A program made the translations under genes and the position numbers. The notes under the pieces were generated by a model. The model saw only the letters and a list, made by a program, of their open reading frames with translations. It was not told the DNA's origin and made no database searches. From Yoonia sp. (lineage in GTDB: Bacteria; Pseudomonadota; Alphaproteobacteria; Rhodobacterales; Rhodobacteraceae): a stretch of 64,000 bases of DNA. The stretch is from NCBI RefSeq assembly GCF_017854415.1, contig NZ_JAFMHR010000001.1, forward strand, positions 6-64,005, written 5' to 3'. Of this stretch, positions 28,122-38,877 are shown piece by piece (the stretch's first letter is position 1; each line of letters begins with the position of its first letter).

Positions 28122-29390
28122 TTAGCTTAACCACTCTGGCATTGTATCGCGTGCGATCATCTCTTCATAGGTAGGGCGTGCGCGGATAACTGCAAATTGA
28201 TCACCATCAACCAAAACCTCTGGGATCAGCGGGCGCGAGTTATATTCCGACGACATTACCGCACCGTAAGCCCCAGCAGAGCGGAACGCGACCAGATCAT
28301 CCACGCCCACAGGCGGCATTTCGCGCGCTTTGGCAAAAGTGTCGCCACTTTCGCAGATCGGGCCAACAATATCGTATTTTGCAGGCTCGACACCCGGTGC
28401 GGGTTCGATCACCGGCACGATATCGTGCCACGCCTCGTACATCGCCGGACGAATCAGATCGTTCATCGCGCCATCAAGGATCAAGAACTCGCGGTCCTCG
28501 CCGGATTTGACGTAGATGACCTTTGAGACCATCAAACCCGCGTTGCCAGAGATCAAACGCCCCGGTTCAATCTCGATCTCGCAGCCTAAATGACCAACCG
28601 TGCGCTGGATCAGCGCGCCATAATCTGACGGCAATGGCGGAGCCTCGTTTGACCGCGCATATGGAATACCCAAGCCACCGCCCAGATCAAGGCGTGTGAT
28701 CTCATGGCCATCCGCACGTAGTTGTTCAGTCAGTTCGGCTACTTTGTTATAAGCTGCCTCAAACGGGGCAAGATCGGTCAGTTGCGATCCGATATGTACG
28801 TCAACACCCACAACCTTAAGGCCAGCCATTTTACCGGCCATTGCGTAAACTTCGCGGGCACGGCTGATCGGGATGCCGAATTTGTTTTCGGATTTGCCTG
28901 TCGCGATCTTAGCATGGGTCTTCGCATCAACATCAGGGTTCACGCGGATCGTGACTGGCACCACAGCACCCAATGACTGGGCAACTTGATCCAGCACGAT
29001 CATTTCAGGTTCGCTTTCGATATTGAACTGGCGAATCCCGCCCGTGATCGCAAGGCGCATTTCCTCGGCGGTTTTACCGACACCGGAAAAGACAATCTTT
29101 TCACCGGGAATACCTGCGGCCTTTGCGCGCAAGTATTCACCCGCAGACACAACATCCATGCCAGCGCCCGCATCACCCAAAACCTTGATGACCGCTTGGT
29201 TCGACAGCGATTTCATCGCAAAGCACACCAAATGGTCGCCCCACGCCAATGCATCGTCAAACAAGGCAAAGTGACGTTTCAGCGTCGCAGTAGAATAGAC
29301 ATAAAACGGCGTGCCAACTGCAGCTGCGATTTCAGCAACAGGAACGTCCTCGGCGAAAAGTGCGCCGTCACGATAAAGAAAATGATCCAA
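28122..29390 (-). CDS. lysA: diaminopimelate decarboxylase
   Basis: A TTG start gives MDHFLYRDGALFAEDVPV... and a typical ~421-aa length. The ORF extension to 29501 is rejected. Confidence 0.85.
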   Translation of the reverse strand: MDHFLYRDGALFAEDVPVAEIAAAVGTPFYVYSTATLKRHFALFDDALAWGDHLVCFAMKSLSNQAVIKVLGDAGAGMDVVSAGEYLRAKAAGIPGEKIVFSGVGKTAEEMRLAITGGIRQFNIESEPEMIVLDQVAQSLGAVVPVTIRVNPDVDAKTHAKIATGKSENKFGIPISRAREVYAMAGKMAGLKVVGVDVHIGSQLTDLAPFEAAYNKVAELTEQLRADGHEITRLDLGGGLGIPYARSNEAPPLPSDYGALIQRTVGHLGCEIEIEPGRLISGNAGLMVSKVIYVKSGEDREFLILDGAMNDLIRPAMYEAWHDIVPVIEPAPGVEPAKYDIVGPICESGDTFAKAREMPPVGVDDLVAFRSAGAYGAVMSSEYNSRPLIPEVLVDGDQFAVIRARPTYEEMIARDTMPEWLS

Positions 29391-29466
29391 GCGGGGTGAT
29401 CCTTGTCCAAAGCCAGCTTTGGGACATATCAGATCACAGGCAAAGACCAACCCTGATTTGCAGGCC

Positions 29467-29805
29467 CTAAAGTGCGCGCACCGTATGGGGATCGCGGGCA
29501 TAACTTATGCGTCCGCGCAGATACAGATACAGCGGCAACCCACAGCTGACACCGATACAAAACGTTGCCGGAATCGCAATCAGGCTTAACCAGTTCTTGT
29601 TCCGGAATGCTTCAACAATGACCCACAAGGTCAACGTGATCGCTGCAATCGTCAAATCCCAAACCAGCCCGCTTGTGGCGGCATTCACATGCCAAGCATC
29701 GACCATTGCCATGATGTCCCAACCCTCGGATTGGAACCAGCTGACGAAGTAATACATCGGATGGATGGCGCCCCAGATCGCCAGCGCCAGAAAGACGCGG
29801 CCCAT
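29467..29805 (-). CDS. small 4-TM membrane protein of unknown function
   Basis: 112 aa and hydrophobic. The start overlaps the lipoprotein stop by 1 nt (TAATG). Confidence 0.5.
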   Translation of the reverse strand: MGRVFLALAIWGAIHPMYYFVSWFQSEGWDIMAMVDAWHVNAATSGLVWDLTIAAITLTLWVIVEAFRNKNWLSLIAIPATFCIGVSCGLPLYLYLRGRISYARDPHTVRAL

Positions 29806-29978
29806 TAAAAACCGACCCCGACCGAAACTGTGCCGTTAGACGCGCCGACGCTAGCGCCTGTAGTCACGCCGTTCGTGCCTACACCCACACCGACACTGGC
29901 GCTCGGCGTAAAGGGCGCGCCGTCAGCACCACACGCCGCCAAAGCGACAACAGACAAGATCAATGCAATTCGCTTCAT
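29805..29978 (-). CDS. small Gly/Val-rich lipoprotein
   Basis: [16 protein letters not shown] lipobox. The start overlaps the argH stop (ATGA). Confidence 0.6.
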   Translation of the reverse strand: MKRIALILSVVALAACGADGAPFTPSASVGVGVGTNGVTTGASVGASNGTVSVGVGF

Positions 29979-31363
29979 TTCAAAACCTCTTTCCAATGCG
30001 CCACTTGGGCGCGCACGCCCGATGGCGCTGTCCCGCCAAAACTGGTCCGCGACGCCACCGAATTTTCTACGCCAAGCACATCAAATACATCCGTGCGGAT
30101 GCCGTCGTGTACGCTGCGCATGTCGTCCAATGTCAAGTCAGGCAGGTCGCAACCCTTGCCCTCTGCCATGGCGACCAACGATCCCGTCACGTGATGTGCT
30201 TCGCGGAAAGGTAGCCCAAGTTCGCGCACCAGCCAATCGGCCAGATCGGTCGCTGTCGAAAATCCGCCTGCCGCCGCAGCTTTGAGGTTGTCACGCTGGG
30301 CTGTCATATCCGTGACCATGCCCGTCATTGCGGCCAAGGCCAGCATCAGGTTATCGGCGGCATCAAAGGTTTGCTCTTTGTCTTCTTGCATGTCTTTGGA
30401 ATAGGTCAGCGGCAACCCTTTCATCACCGTCATCAAGGCGACATTGGCCCCGAAAATCCGACCAATCTTGGCGCGGATCAGCTCTGCGGCATCTGGATTA
30501 CGCTTTTGCGGCATGATCGACGATCCGGTAGACCATTTGTCCGACATCTTCACAAAGCGGAACTGGGCAGAGGACCAGATCACCAATTCTTCGGCCAAAC
30601 GGCTAAGATGCATGGCGCAAATGCTGGCAGACGCCAGATAATCCAAAGCAAAGTCACGATCTGCGACCGCATCCAGTGAATTGGACATCGGGCGATCAAA
30701 GCCTAACGCATCCGCAGTCATCTGCCGATCAATCGGGAACGAAGTGCCAGCCAGCGCCGCAGCACCCAAAGGTGATGTATTCATGCGCTTGCGTGCATCC
30801 GCAAAGCGCGAACGGTCGCGGGCAATCATTTCTACATATGCCAACATATGATGGCCCCACGTCACAGGTTGCGCTGTCTGCAAATGGGTAAAGCCGGGCA
30901 TAACCCAATCAGCACCAGCCTCTGCCTGTCCCAACAAGGCAGACTGCAATGCAGCCAAAGCAGCATCCGCTTGATCGCATTGATCACGCACCCAAAGGCG
31001 GAAATCGACGGCAACCTGATCATTGCGCGACCGCGCAGTGTGCAAACGGCCCGCAGGTTCGCCAATTAGGTCACGCAAGCGTGCCTCGACGTTCATGTGG
31101 ATATCTTCCAACGCAGTCGAGAACGGGAAATCGCCCGTTTCAATCTCTGACAATACAGTGAGCAGGCCTTCCCGAATGGCGGCCGCATCGCTATCTGTGA
31201 TGATGCCACAGGCGGCCAACATGGCAGCGTGTGCGCGTGAACCTGCGATGTCTTGAGGTGCAAGGCGTCGGTCATACCCGATCGAGGCGTTAATCGCCTG
31301 CATGATCGCGTCTGGTCCGGCGGCAAAACGCCCGCCCCACATGGTGTTTGCAGATTTAGTCAT
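29975..31363 (-). CDS. argH: argininosuccinate lyase
   Basis: MWGGRFA...[13 protein letters not shown] signature. Confidence 0.9.
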   Translation of the reverse strand: MTKSANTMWGGRFAAGPDAIMQAINASIGYDRRLAPQDIAGSRAHAAMLAACGIITDSDAAAIREGLLTVLSEIETGDFPFSTALEDIHMNVEARLRDLIGEPAGRLHTARSRNDQVAVDFRLWVRDQCDQADAALAALQSALLGQAEAGADWVMPGFTHLQTAQPVTWGHHMLAYVEMIARDRSRFADARKRMNTSPLGAAALAGTSFPIDRQMTADALGFDRPMSNSLDAVADRDFALDYLASASICAMHLSRLAEELVIWSSAQFRFVKMSDKWSTGSSIMPQKRNPDAAELIRAKIGRIFGANVALMTVMKGLPLTYSKDMQEDKEQTFDAADNLMLALAAMTGMVTDMTAQRDNLKAAAAGGFSTATDLADWLVRELGLPFREAHHVTGSLVAMAEGKGCDLPDLTLDDMRSVHDGIRTDVFDVLGVENSVASRTSFGGTAPSGVRAQVAHWKEVLK

Positions 31364-31377
31364 GAAGGAAATCGCCT

Positions 31378-31938
31378 ATGCGCAAGTTAATGTCAGCACT
31401 GCTTTATACGGCCCTTCTTGGTCTTGCAAATATCAGTCACGCTGATGTGGCCGCAGCAAATGCGATGCGCGAAGGTGATATGCGCAAATTGAACTTTCAT
31501 GGCACCCCGCTGACGACCACCGATGTGGCGTTTACCAGCGAAGACGGGCAAGAAATGACCCTTGCCGATTTCGAAGGCAAATACATCGTGCTGAATTTCT
31601 GGGCCACGTGGTGTGCCCCGTGCCGCAAGGAAATGCCGCATTTGTCGGCGCTACAAGACTTGATGGGCGGCGATGATTTTGAGGTCGTGACGATTGCCAC
31701 CGGCCGTAACCCTTTGCCTGCAATGCAGCGTTTCTTGGCAGAGATCGAAGTCGATAACCTGCCGCTGCACACTGATCCGCGTCAGGCTTTGGCACGCAAT
31801 CTGGGCGTCTTGGGCCTACCTGCGACGCTTGTCATCAACCCGGAAGGCCAAGAGATTGGCCGCATGCAAGGCGAGGCCGATTGGTCTAGCGAAAACGCAA
31901 TCGCGATCCTACGGACCCTGATGGCACCCGAAAGCTAG
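31378..31938 (+). CDS. TlpA-family thiol:disulfide oxidoreductase
   Basis: Signal sequence plus thioredoxin motif WATWCAPCRKEMP. Confidence 0.8.
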   Translation: MRKLMSALLYTALLGLANISHADVAAANAMREGDMRKLNFHGTPLTTTDVAFTSEDGQEMTLADFEGKYIVLNFWATWCAPCRKEMPHLSALQDLMGGDDFEVVTIATGRNPLPAMQRFLAEIEVDNLPLHTDPRQALARNLGVLGLPATLVINPEGQEIGRMQGEADWSSENAIAILRTLMAPES

Positions 31939-32504
31939 GCGTGCCCTGCGGTTGCCGACAGCAGCAACGGATCAATCCCCATCAATCCAAGCGCTGCAGT
32001 CCATTTATCATTGTTATCCGTGCCAAAGACGACCTTTTCTGAGGGCTGACAGGTCAACCAGCCATTCTGGCCAATCTCGTATTCCAGCTGCCCCGGACCC
32101 CACCCCGAATAGCCCAACGCTAACATTGAAACCGACGGACCTTCGCCCTTGGCGATATCCTCGAGTACCTCAAGCGTCGCGGTCATTCGAAAGGTATCAT
32201 CGACCTCTAGCGTTCCAGTCGCGGCCTTATAATCATTGCCGTGCAGGACAAAGCCGCGCTGCCGTTCAACCGGACCGCCGAAATGCACCTGCGCATCGCG
32301 CGCGCCTTGCACCTTGGGAATATCCAACTGCTCAAGCAGTTGCGCAAAAGACACCTTGGGCTGTGGTTTGTTGATGATCAAACCCATGCCGCCCTCGTCT
32401 GAATGAGAGCACATATAGATCACAGTGTTTGCAAACCGCGGGTCCGACATATCGGGCATCGCAATCAGAAGTTTTCCGGCCAAGTTTGAATCTGCAGTTT
32501 TCAT
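31935..32504 (-). CDS. YqgE/AlgH-family protein (UPF0301)
   Basis: LLIAMPDMSDPRFANTVIYMCSHSDEGGMGLIINKP is typical of the family. Confidence 0.8.
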   Translation of the reverse strand: MKTADSNLAGKLLIAMPDMSDPRFANTVIYMCSHSDEGGMGLIINKPQPKVSFAQLLEQLDIPKVQGARDAQVHFGGPVERQRGFVLHGNDYKAATGTLEVDDTFRMTATLEVLEDIAKGEGPSVSMLALGYSGWGPGQLEYEIGQNGWLTCQPSEKVVFGTDNNDKWTAALGLMGIDPLLLSATAGHA

Positions 32505-32607
32505 CGGCTTAAGATGTAAAACCTATCGCCCCGACGCAAGCGCCAAGATTGCAAAGTCTGGCGGAAACGTGACTTCCCATTGCAGCCGCTTTGGATAAAG
32601 AAGGGCT

Positions 32608-33408
32608 ATGCGCCAGAACCCGCTTATCCTTATCGCCCTCGCGGCCTTGCCAAGCTTTGCCCTTGGTCAGCCTTTTGACGACCTCGCGCAGGTCGACGTG
32701 CTGGACGGTTGGCGCAGCGACGACGGCACGCATATGGCCGCCGTCAGAATAACGCTGGCACCCGGCTGGGTGACATATTGGCGTGCGCCGGGTGATGCAG
32801 GTATCCCGCCGCAGTTCAAATTTTCCAGCAACGCATCCATCCAAAGCATCACACCCCACTGGCCAACCCCCGAAGTCTTTGGCGAAAACGGAATGCGGTC
32901 CATCGGCTACTACGACAGCGTTGTAGTGCCACTATCGCTTGATATTGAGGCTGATGGGCAAGATGTTGCCATCCAAGGCGAGATGACGATCGGCGTCTGC
33001 GAAGAGATCTGCATTCCGGTTACGTTGAACTTTGACGCGCTCTTGCCGGCGATTGGTGCGCCTGACGGGGCAATTAGTGCTGCAATGGCGGACCGCCCAA
33101 CCACACAAGCCGCCGCAAACGTCGGGGCTGTGACCTGCAAAATCGATCCGATCGCAGACGGGCTTCGCATGACCACTGCGATTGATGTTGCCAGTACTGG
33201 CGCGTCAGAACATGTGGTGATTGAAACCAGTAACCCCCGCGTTTGGGTGTCCGAGGCAACGTCTGTGCGGATCGGCAACACTCTGCAATCCACTGTCGAT
33301 ATGGTGCATCCCAGCGGGCAGCCATTTGCGATGGATCGGTCCGGTGTCCGGATAACCGTTCTTGGAACAGATCAAGCTATCGATATTCGCGGCTGCTCTG
33401 CGGGTTAA
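32608..33408 (+). CDS. DsbD N-terminal-domain-like periplasmic thiol-disulfide protein
   Basis: Signal peptide, W.TYWR.PGD.G.PP and the GVCEEICIP motif. Confidence 0.7.
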   Translation: MRQNPLILIALAALPSFALGQPFDDLAQVDVLDGWRSDDGTHMAAVRITLAPGWVTYWRAPGDAGIPPQFKFSSNASIQSITPHWPTPEVFGENGMRSIGYYDSVVVPLSLDIEADGQDVAIQGEMTIGVCEEICIPVTLNFDALLPAIGAPDGAISAAMADRPTTQAAANVGAVTCKIDPIADGLRMTTAIDVASTGASEHVVIETSNPRVWVSEATSVRIGNTLQSTVDMVHPSGQPFAMDRSGVRITVLGTDQAIDIRGCSAG

Positions 33409-36400
33409 CTCCGCGCGCGGCGCAAGCCCTGCGACAAGGCGGCGACCAAATAGATCGCCAAAAGCAACACCATCAAGCCTGCGATAAAGACCGCCAATGC
33501 GGCACCAAACCCGCCTTGCAACATTGGCAAGGCCGCTGCGACCGCAGGCAACGGACCGCCTGTCACTAACAATGGCGCCAAAGTTATCCCAAACAGCACA
33601 AGCGCACCCAGCGCGCCCAAGCCCGCAGGTGCGAACATTGCCAACCGTCGCCCACGCAGTGCGCGTTTAGCTGATTGCACTTGGCGGTATACGTCCGCTT
33701 GCATGGCCATCACAGACGGCACAACCAACAACACCAGCACCATCCCGAATGCCAAACCAAAGACCAGCGTGACGACTGTCGGTTTCAGGAATTCGGCTTG
33801 GTTAGAGCCTTCATAAAGCAACGGCGTCAGGCCCAGCACTGTCGTCAGTGTCGTCAACATCACTGGCCGTAGCCGGTCAACTGTGCCGTCAATAATCGCA
33901 GGCACCAGCCCGCGATCTTGAGCGTATTCATCAACTGTTGTCACCAAAACAATACTGTCGTTGATGATGATGCCCACCATTCCGATCAAACCGACGACTG
34001 TGAACATGCTCATCGGGATGCCCCAGATGTAATGACCATAGATCGTGCCGACCAAGGCAAACGGAATAATCGACATCACAACGACAGGCCGCGTCCAACT
34101 GCTGAATATCCATGCCAGCGTCAGATAGATGCCTAGCAACACAAGGATCAGTCCTGTGCGGGCATCATTCAAGAACCGTTGCTCTTGCTCGCTTTGGCCC
34201 GACAACATGGTTTCAATCGCAAAGTTACTCTCAACGCGCGGCAGGATATCGTCGTTGATAATCTGTTGGATTTCGGTCGCACGCGCGGCATCATCATCGT
34301 CCAGATCACCAATGACCGAGATCAGCTGAATGCCGTTTTCACGCCGCACCGTCGAAAATCCTGTCCGGCTTTGGACCGTCACCACATCGGCAAGCGGCAC
34401 ATAGATCCCGTCTGGTGTGCGGATTTGGGTGCGATCCAGGAAATCAGCCGATAATTCGCTGTCCGGCAACTCAACCCTGATCGTGCCCGACCGCGCGCCG
34501 TCAGGAAAACTTGCGGCCTCAATTCCGCCAAGACGGTTGCGCAGAATACGTCCTAGCCCGTCAATGCTCAGGCCCAGCGCGTCACCTTGCGGGGTCAATT
34601 CTAGGATCAGTTCTTCTTTGTCGTAGGCCAGTGTGTCTTCAAGTCCCGAAATCTCGGCAAATTGGCCCAACTCGGTTTTCAACGCCTCGGCTGCGGCTTT
34701 CAGCGTATCGCTGTTTGCGCCAAACATCTGAATATCCAGACTGTCGCCACCCGGCCCTGATCCCCAACTGCGGAAACTGACGGTTTCAGCCATCGGATGC
34801 TGCACAATGCTATCTTGCAACGCGCTAACAAAAGCAAAACTGGTGTAAGGACGGCTATCGGCATCGATGAGTTCGATTGTAATAGAGCCCAATTGATCGG
34901 CATCTTTAGTATCTGATCCAGCAATCGCGCGGCCAGAATTGCCACCCACTTCGGCCACAACGAACTGCAGCGGGTTGGCGCCATGTTCTGCTTCGTATTC
35001 AGCGCCCAGCGCATCGGTTGCCCGCTGCATTTCGCGCATCATTTCCAGCGTATCTTGGCGGGTCGCACCTGGAAGCATCGCAAAATTGCCAGTGACTTGG
35101 CTTTGTTCGGGCGCATTGAAGAAACGCCAGTTCACATCACCGCGAATAAACAGTGTGATCTGGCTGGCAAGCAGTACCAAAGCCATCGCAACAACCGGAT
35201 ACCGCGCCTTGATCACCAATCCCATGAAGGGACGAAACAGCGTCTCGCGGAACCAATCAAAGCCACGGTTCACTGTGCGCGACGGCCAATCATACCAGTG
35301 ATCCTTGGCCGAATGAGCCATTGAATGCGCAAGGTGATTAGGCAGGATCAAAAAGCATTCGATCAAACTCGCGGCCAACACGACGATAACCGTGAACGGA
35401 ATATCAGAGATCAGATCACCAAAGCGGCCCCCGATAATCACCAATCCAAAGAAGGCGATAATCGTGGTCAGCGTGGCAGAAAAAACCGGACTGAACATGC
35501 GTTTGGCGGCACGTTCTGCGGCAACCATCGGGTCCTCGCCCAAATGCCGAACGCGGTAATCCGCGTGTTCGCCCACGACAATCGCATCGTCCACCACGAT
35601 CCCGAGCGTAATTATCAACGCAAAAAGCGAGATCATATTGATCGTAATGCCGACGATATACATCAGCGCAATCGCGGCCAACATCGCGACAGGGATACCA
35701 AACGCGACCCAGAATGCAGTCCGCGCGTTCAAGAACAAGAACAGCAGGCCAACGACCAGCATCAAACCAGTCAGCGCGTTATCTAGCAGGATATCCAAAC
35801 GCGCTGAAATCAGCTCTGCCCGCCCGTTCGTCAGTTGAATGGTAACGCCTTGCGGCAGCGACGCTGTCAACTCTTGTGCGACCTGTTCAACAGTTTTCTG
35901 CATGCCGATGGCATCGCCTTGGGCAGATCGCTGTACGCGCACCTTGATTGCAGGATCATCCCCCACAAAATACGCGCGATTGCGGTCAGTCCCTTCGACC
36001 GTCACCGTCGCTACATCGTCAATCGTCAGCTTTGACCCATCAGGGTTAGAGCGTAGAACAATTGCGCCAATATCTTCGGCAGAGCGTTTCGCGACACCTG
36101 TACGGACCCGCGCATTGCCGGACACATCGCCTGCAGGATCGGCTTCGGCCTCTTCTGCGATGCGGGCGGCGATGTCGGACAGGCCGATGTCATACTGGAT
36201 CAACGACAATGACGGGACTTCGACAACCGTAGAAGGCGCAGCAACACCTTGGACAATCACCTGTGTGACGCCTTGGGCAAACAAACGGCTCGAGAATTCG
36301 TCAGCGAAACGACCCAATTGATCGACACCGACCGGACCCGTGATCACAACGTCGGTTACGCGGTCGGACCAACCGCCGCGCCTGACGCTGGGGTCTTCGG

Positions 36401-36800
36401 CATCAACAGGCAGGTTATTGGCACTATCGACCGCCAACTGCACATCTTCGGCAGCGCGGTCGATGTCATAGCCGGGATCGAATTCAATCCTGATCGAAGC
36501 ACTGCCTTCGCGCGACGTCGACGACGATGATGTCACACCTTCGACGGCGAGCAAAACAGGCTCCAACACCTGCACGATTGCCGCGTCTACGTCTTCAGCA
36601 CCCGCACCTTGCCACGCGACCGAAACCGTCAGGTCATCAACAACCACATCAGGGAAAAACTGCGCGCGCATGTTTGGAAAAGCGAACAACCCCGCCGTCA
36701 GCATCAGCACCAATAACAGGTTCGCTGCTGTCTTGTGACGCGTAAAGTACGACAGAATACCGCCCGCGCTTGCGTTTAGTTTTTCACCACCAGTGATCAT
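33405..36800 (-). CDS. RND efflux transporter permease (AcrB family)
   Basis: 1131 aa with 12-TM/two-large-loop architecture and typical AcrB N-terminus and TM4 regions. Confidence 0.85.
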   Translation of the reverse strand: MITGGEKLNASAGGILSYFTRHKTAANLLLVLMLTAGLFAFPNMRAQFFPDVVVDDLTVSVAWQGAGAEDVDAAIVQVLEPVLLAVEGVTSSSSTSREGSASIRIEFDPGYDIDRAAEDVQLAVDSANNLPVDAEDPSVRRGGWSDRVTDVVITGPVGVDQLGRFADEFSSRLFAQGVTQVIVQGVAAPSTVVEVPSLSLIQYDIGLSDIAARIAEEAEADPAGDVSGNARVRTGVAKRSAEDIGAIVLRSNPDGSKLTIDDVATVTVEGTDRNRAYFVGDDPAIKVRVQRSAQGDAIGMQKTVEQVAQELTASLPQGVTIQLTNGRAELISARLDILLDNALTGLMLVVGLLFLFLNARTAFWVAFGIPVAMLAAIALMYIVGITINMISLFALIITLGIVVDDAIVVGEHADYRVRHLGEDPMVAAERAAKRMFSPVFSATLTTIIAFFGLVIIGGRFGDLISDIPFTVIVVLAASLIECFLILPNHLAHSMAHSAKDHWYDWPSRTVNRGFDWFRETLFRPFMGLVIKARYPVVAMALVLLASQITLFIRGDVNWRFFNAPEQSQVTGNFAMLPGATRQDTLEMMREMQRATDALGAEYEAEHGANPLQFVVAEVGGNSGRAIAGSDTKDADQLGSITIELIDADSRPYTSFAFVSALQDSIVQHPMAETVSFRSWGSGPGGDSLDIQMFGANSDTLKAAAEALKTELGQFAEISGLEDTLAYDKEELILELTPQGDALGLSIDGLGRILRNRLGGIEAASFPDGARSGTIRVELPDSELSADFLDRTQIRTPDGIYVPLADVVTVQSRTGFSTVRRENGIQLISVIGDLDDDDAARATEIQQIINDDILPRVESNFAIETMLSGQSEQEQRFLNDARTGLILVLLGIYLTLAWIFSSWTRPVVVMSIIPFALVGTIYGHYIWGIPMSMFTVVGLIGMVGIIINDSIVLVTTVDEYAQDRGLVPAIIDGTVDRLRPVMLTTLTTVLGLTPLLYEGSNQAEFLKPTVVTLVFGLAFGMVLVLLVVPSVMAMQADVYRQVQSAKRALRGRRLAMFAPAGLGALGALVLFGITLAPLLVTGGPLPAVAAALPMLQGGFGAALAVFIAGLMVLLLAIYLVAALSQGLRRARS

Positions 36801-38254
36801 TAGCTACCCATCCGCGCTTCAAGCCGCGTGACGGTCTGCGATGACACTTCGTCCGCTTCAAGTTCGCCGATGATCCGCGCTTTGGCGTCGTCCGGCATGC
36901 GGCCTTCGCTGACAAACGCGATAAGTTTTGCGCGGCGCTCCGCGTCCAGCGCAATCATCTCCGGCTCTGGTTCTGCCTCAACTACACCGGGAACAATTGG
37001 ACGTACCTTTATCCCTGCCCCTAAGAGAGGAGAGCGTTCAGCGACAATCGTTGCACCCACATTTTCGCCAACAGCGATAATCACGTCATCCCCTTGCCTG
37101 CGCAAAAGCTGCACATCGGCACTGCGCAAACGGTCTTCATCGCCGACAATCAAAACGGTTTGATCAGCGGCCACAGCTGTTGCCGGTACAAGCACAACAT
37201 CCGCAAGCGCGGGTTCAGCAATCCGTACCGTCACAAAATCACCGGGGCGAAAACCGGGGGCGGTATCAATCCGCGCAAACAAAAGCCGACCCGTTTGACC
37301 GGCGCCGACCGTTGCACCTTCGCGGGTGATCTGACCTGCCGCACGCAGGTTCACGCCAGATACGTCCAACGTCACATCGACAGGGGCTTTCATCAATTGA
37401 CCGGCATCATCCAAGAGCCGCGCGTATTGCGAGGTAGAGACGCGAAAAGACACTTCAAGCTGCGACGGATCAACCAACTGCGCAAAGCGTTCGTTGGCTG
37501 TAACACGCCCACCGGGGCTTATCGTGACTTCTGCCAAAGTGCCGTTAAATGCGGCGTATACTTGCGTATCTGCAACAGCGCGTTCCGCTTGGGACACGGT
37601 GATCTGCGCGCGCGCCAGCCGCGTTGTGGCCTGATCGATGCGGGCTTGTGCAGATGCCAACCCCTGCCTGCGGGTTAAAACAGCGGCTTGGGCGGCAGAC
37701 GCGGCCAATTCTGCAGTCTCAACCGCGGCGGCCGTACCAACACCGCGTGTTTCAAGATCCACGGCACGGGCCAATGCCTGATCGCGCAAACCTGCCTGCG
37801 CGCGCGCGGCAGTCAGTTCATCTTGGGCCAATATCAACGCACGATCAGCGTCGCGCAGTTCCGCCTGCGCGTCCTGCAAATCAGCGCGAATACTGGCGAG
37901 GGCTGCTTCGGCCTCGACTGGATCAATGCGTAGCAACAACTGGCCTGCGGTCACGGTTCCGCCTTCAACCAGTGCATCGCTCGCCTCAAGAACCGTGCCG
38001 CCAATTGCACTGCGCAGATCAAGTGTGCGCTGGCTGCGCAATTCACCAAACACAGTTAGCTCAGGCGTGATGGTCACGGGATCAAGGGTGATCACATTGA
38101 CCGCCAAAATACGTTCACGCTGCGGGAAACTGCGCGGCTCTTCGTTCATGCGCGCCGAAACGGCGCCTTGCACCATTGCACCCGCCCACGCAGTCAGCGC
38201 TAGCGTGACCGCCAGTAGAAACACACCTGTCAGGCTACGACGTAGAAACCGCAT
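36800..38254 (-). CDS. RND efflux periplasmic adaptor (HlyD/MFP family)
   Basis: Signal anchor, coiled-coil hairpin (AQAELRDADRAL...), beta-barrel domains. It overlaps the RND start by 1 nt. Confidence 0.8.
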   Translation of the reverse strand: MRFLRRSLTGVFLLAVTLALTAWAGAMVQGAVSARMNEEPRSFPQRERILAVNVITLDPVTITPELTVFGELRSQRTLDLRSAIGGTVLEASDALVEGGTVTAGQLLLRIDPVEAEAALASIRADLQDAQAELRDADRALILAQDELTAARAQAGLRDQALARAVDLETRGVGTAAAVETAELAASAAQAAVLTRRQGLASAQARIDQATTRLARAQITVSQAERAVADTQVYAAFNGTLAEVTISPGGRVTANERFAQLVDPSQLEVSFRVSTSQYARLLDDAGQLMKAPVDVTLDVSGVNLRAAGQITREGATVGAGQTGRLLFARIDTAPGFRPGDFVTVRIAEPALADVVLVPATAVAADQTVLIVGDEDRLRSADVQLLRRQGDDVIIAVGENVGATIVAERSPLLGAGIKVRPIVPGVVEAEPEPEMIALDAERRAKLIAFVSEGRMPDDAKARIIGELEADEVSSQTVTRLEARMGS

Positions 38255-38290
38255 TCAGAATATCCTTGGCCAGTGCACTATAAATTAGGC

Positions 38291-38308
38291 GGAAAGCCCG
38301 TGCTTTCC
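38291..38308 (-). terminator. hairpin GGAAAGC ccgt GCTTTCC between moaB and the RND operon
   Basis: Perfect 7-bp stem read directly. The U-tract is weak. Confidence 0.35.
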
Positions 38309-38327
38309 AGTTAAACGCACGATGTCG

Positions 38328-38870
38328 TTATTTCCGGCGCAAATGTTCGTCCAATCGCGGCATAATTTCAACAAAATTACAGGGGCGGTGACGGTAATCC
38401 AACTGGCGCTCAAGAATTTCGTCCCAAGCGTCTTTACAGGCACCTGGTGATCCGGGCAGCGCGAACAGATATGTGCCTTGGGCCACACCTGCGGTCGCAC
38501 GACTTTGCACTGCGCTGGTGCCGATTTTTTTCATGCTGACGATCGTAAAGATCGTGCCGAAAGCATCAATTTCTTTCTCATAGACATCGCGGTGGGCTTC
38601 GACCGTGACATCGCGGCCCGTTAGCCCAGTTCCGCCTGTTGAGATCACAACGTCTATTGCATCGTCCGCACACCATGCGCGTAATTGATCCGCGATCTGG
38701 TCGCGCTCATCGGTGATAATCTCGCGAACGGCCACGCTATGTCCAGCCTTTTCAATGCGATCCACGAGCGTTTGGCCAGACTTGTCATCGGCCAATTGCC
38801 GCGTGTCGCTCACGGTCAGCACAGCGATGCGGACTGGAACAAAGTTCTTATTCTCGTCGATTGTGCTCAT
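38328..38870 (-). CDS. moaB: molybdenum cofactor biosynthesis protein B
   Basis: VRIAVLTVSDTR...TGGTGLTGRD MoaB/MogA fold motifs. Confidence 0.8.
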   Translation of the reverse strand: MSTIDENKNFVPVRIAVLTVSDTRQLADDKSGQTLVDRIEKAGHSVAVREIITDERDQIADQLRAWCADDAIDVVISTGGTGLTGRDVTVEAHRDVYEKEIDAFGTIFTIVSMKKIGTSAVQSRATAGVAQGTYLFALPGSPGACKDAWDEILERQLDYRHRPCNFVEIMPRLDEHLRRK

Positions 38871-38877
38871 TTTGCCC

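Noticed and set aside
31364-31377. 14-bp argH/tlpA divergent gap as a special regulatory element
   Set aside because: It only contains the tlpA ribosome-binding site. The promoters must lie inside the neighbouring coding regions, and no specific motif is seen.
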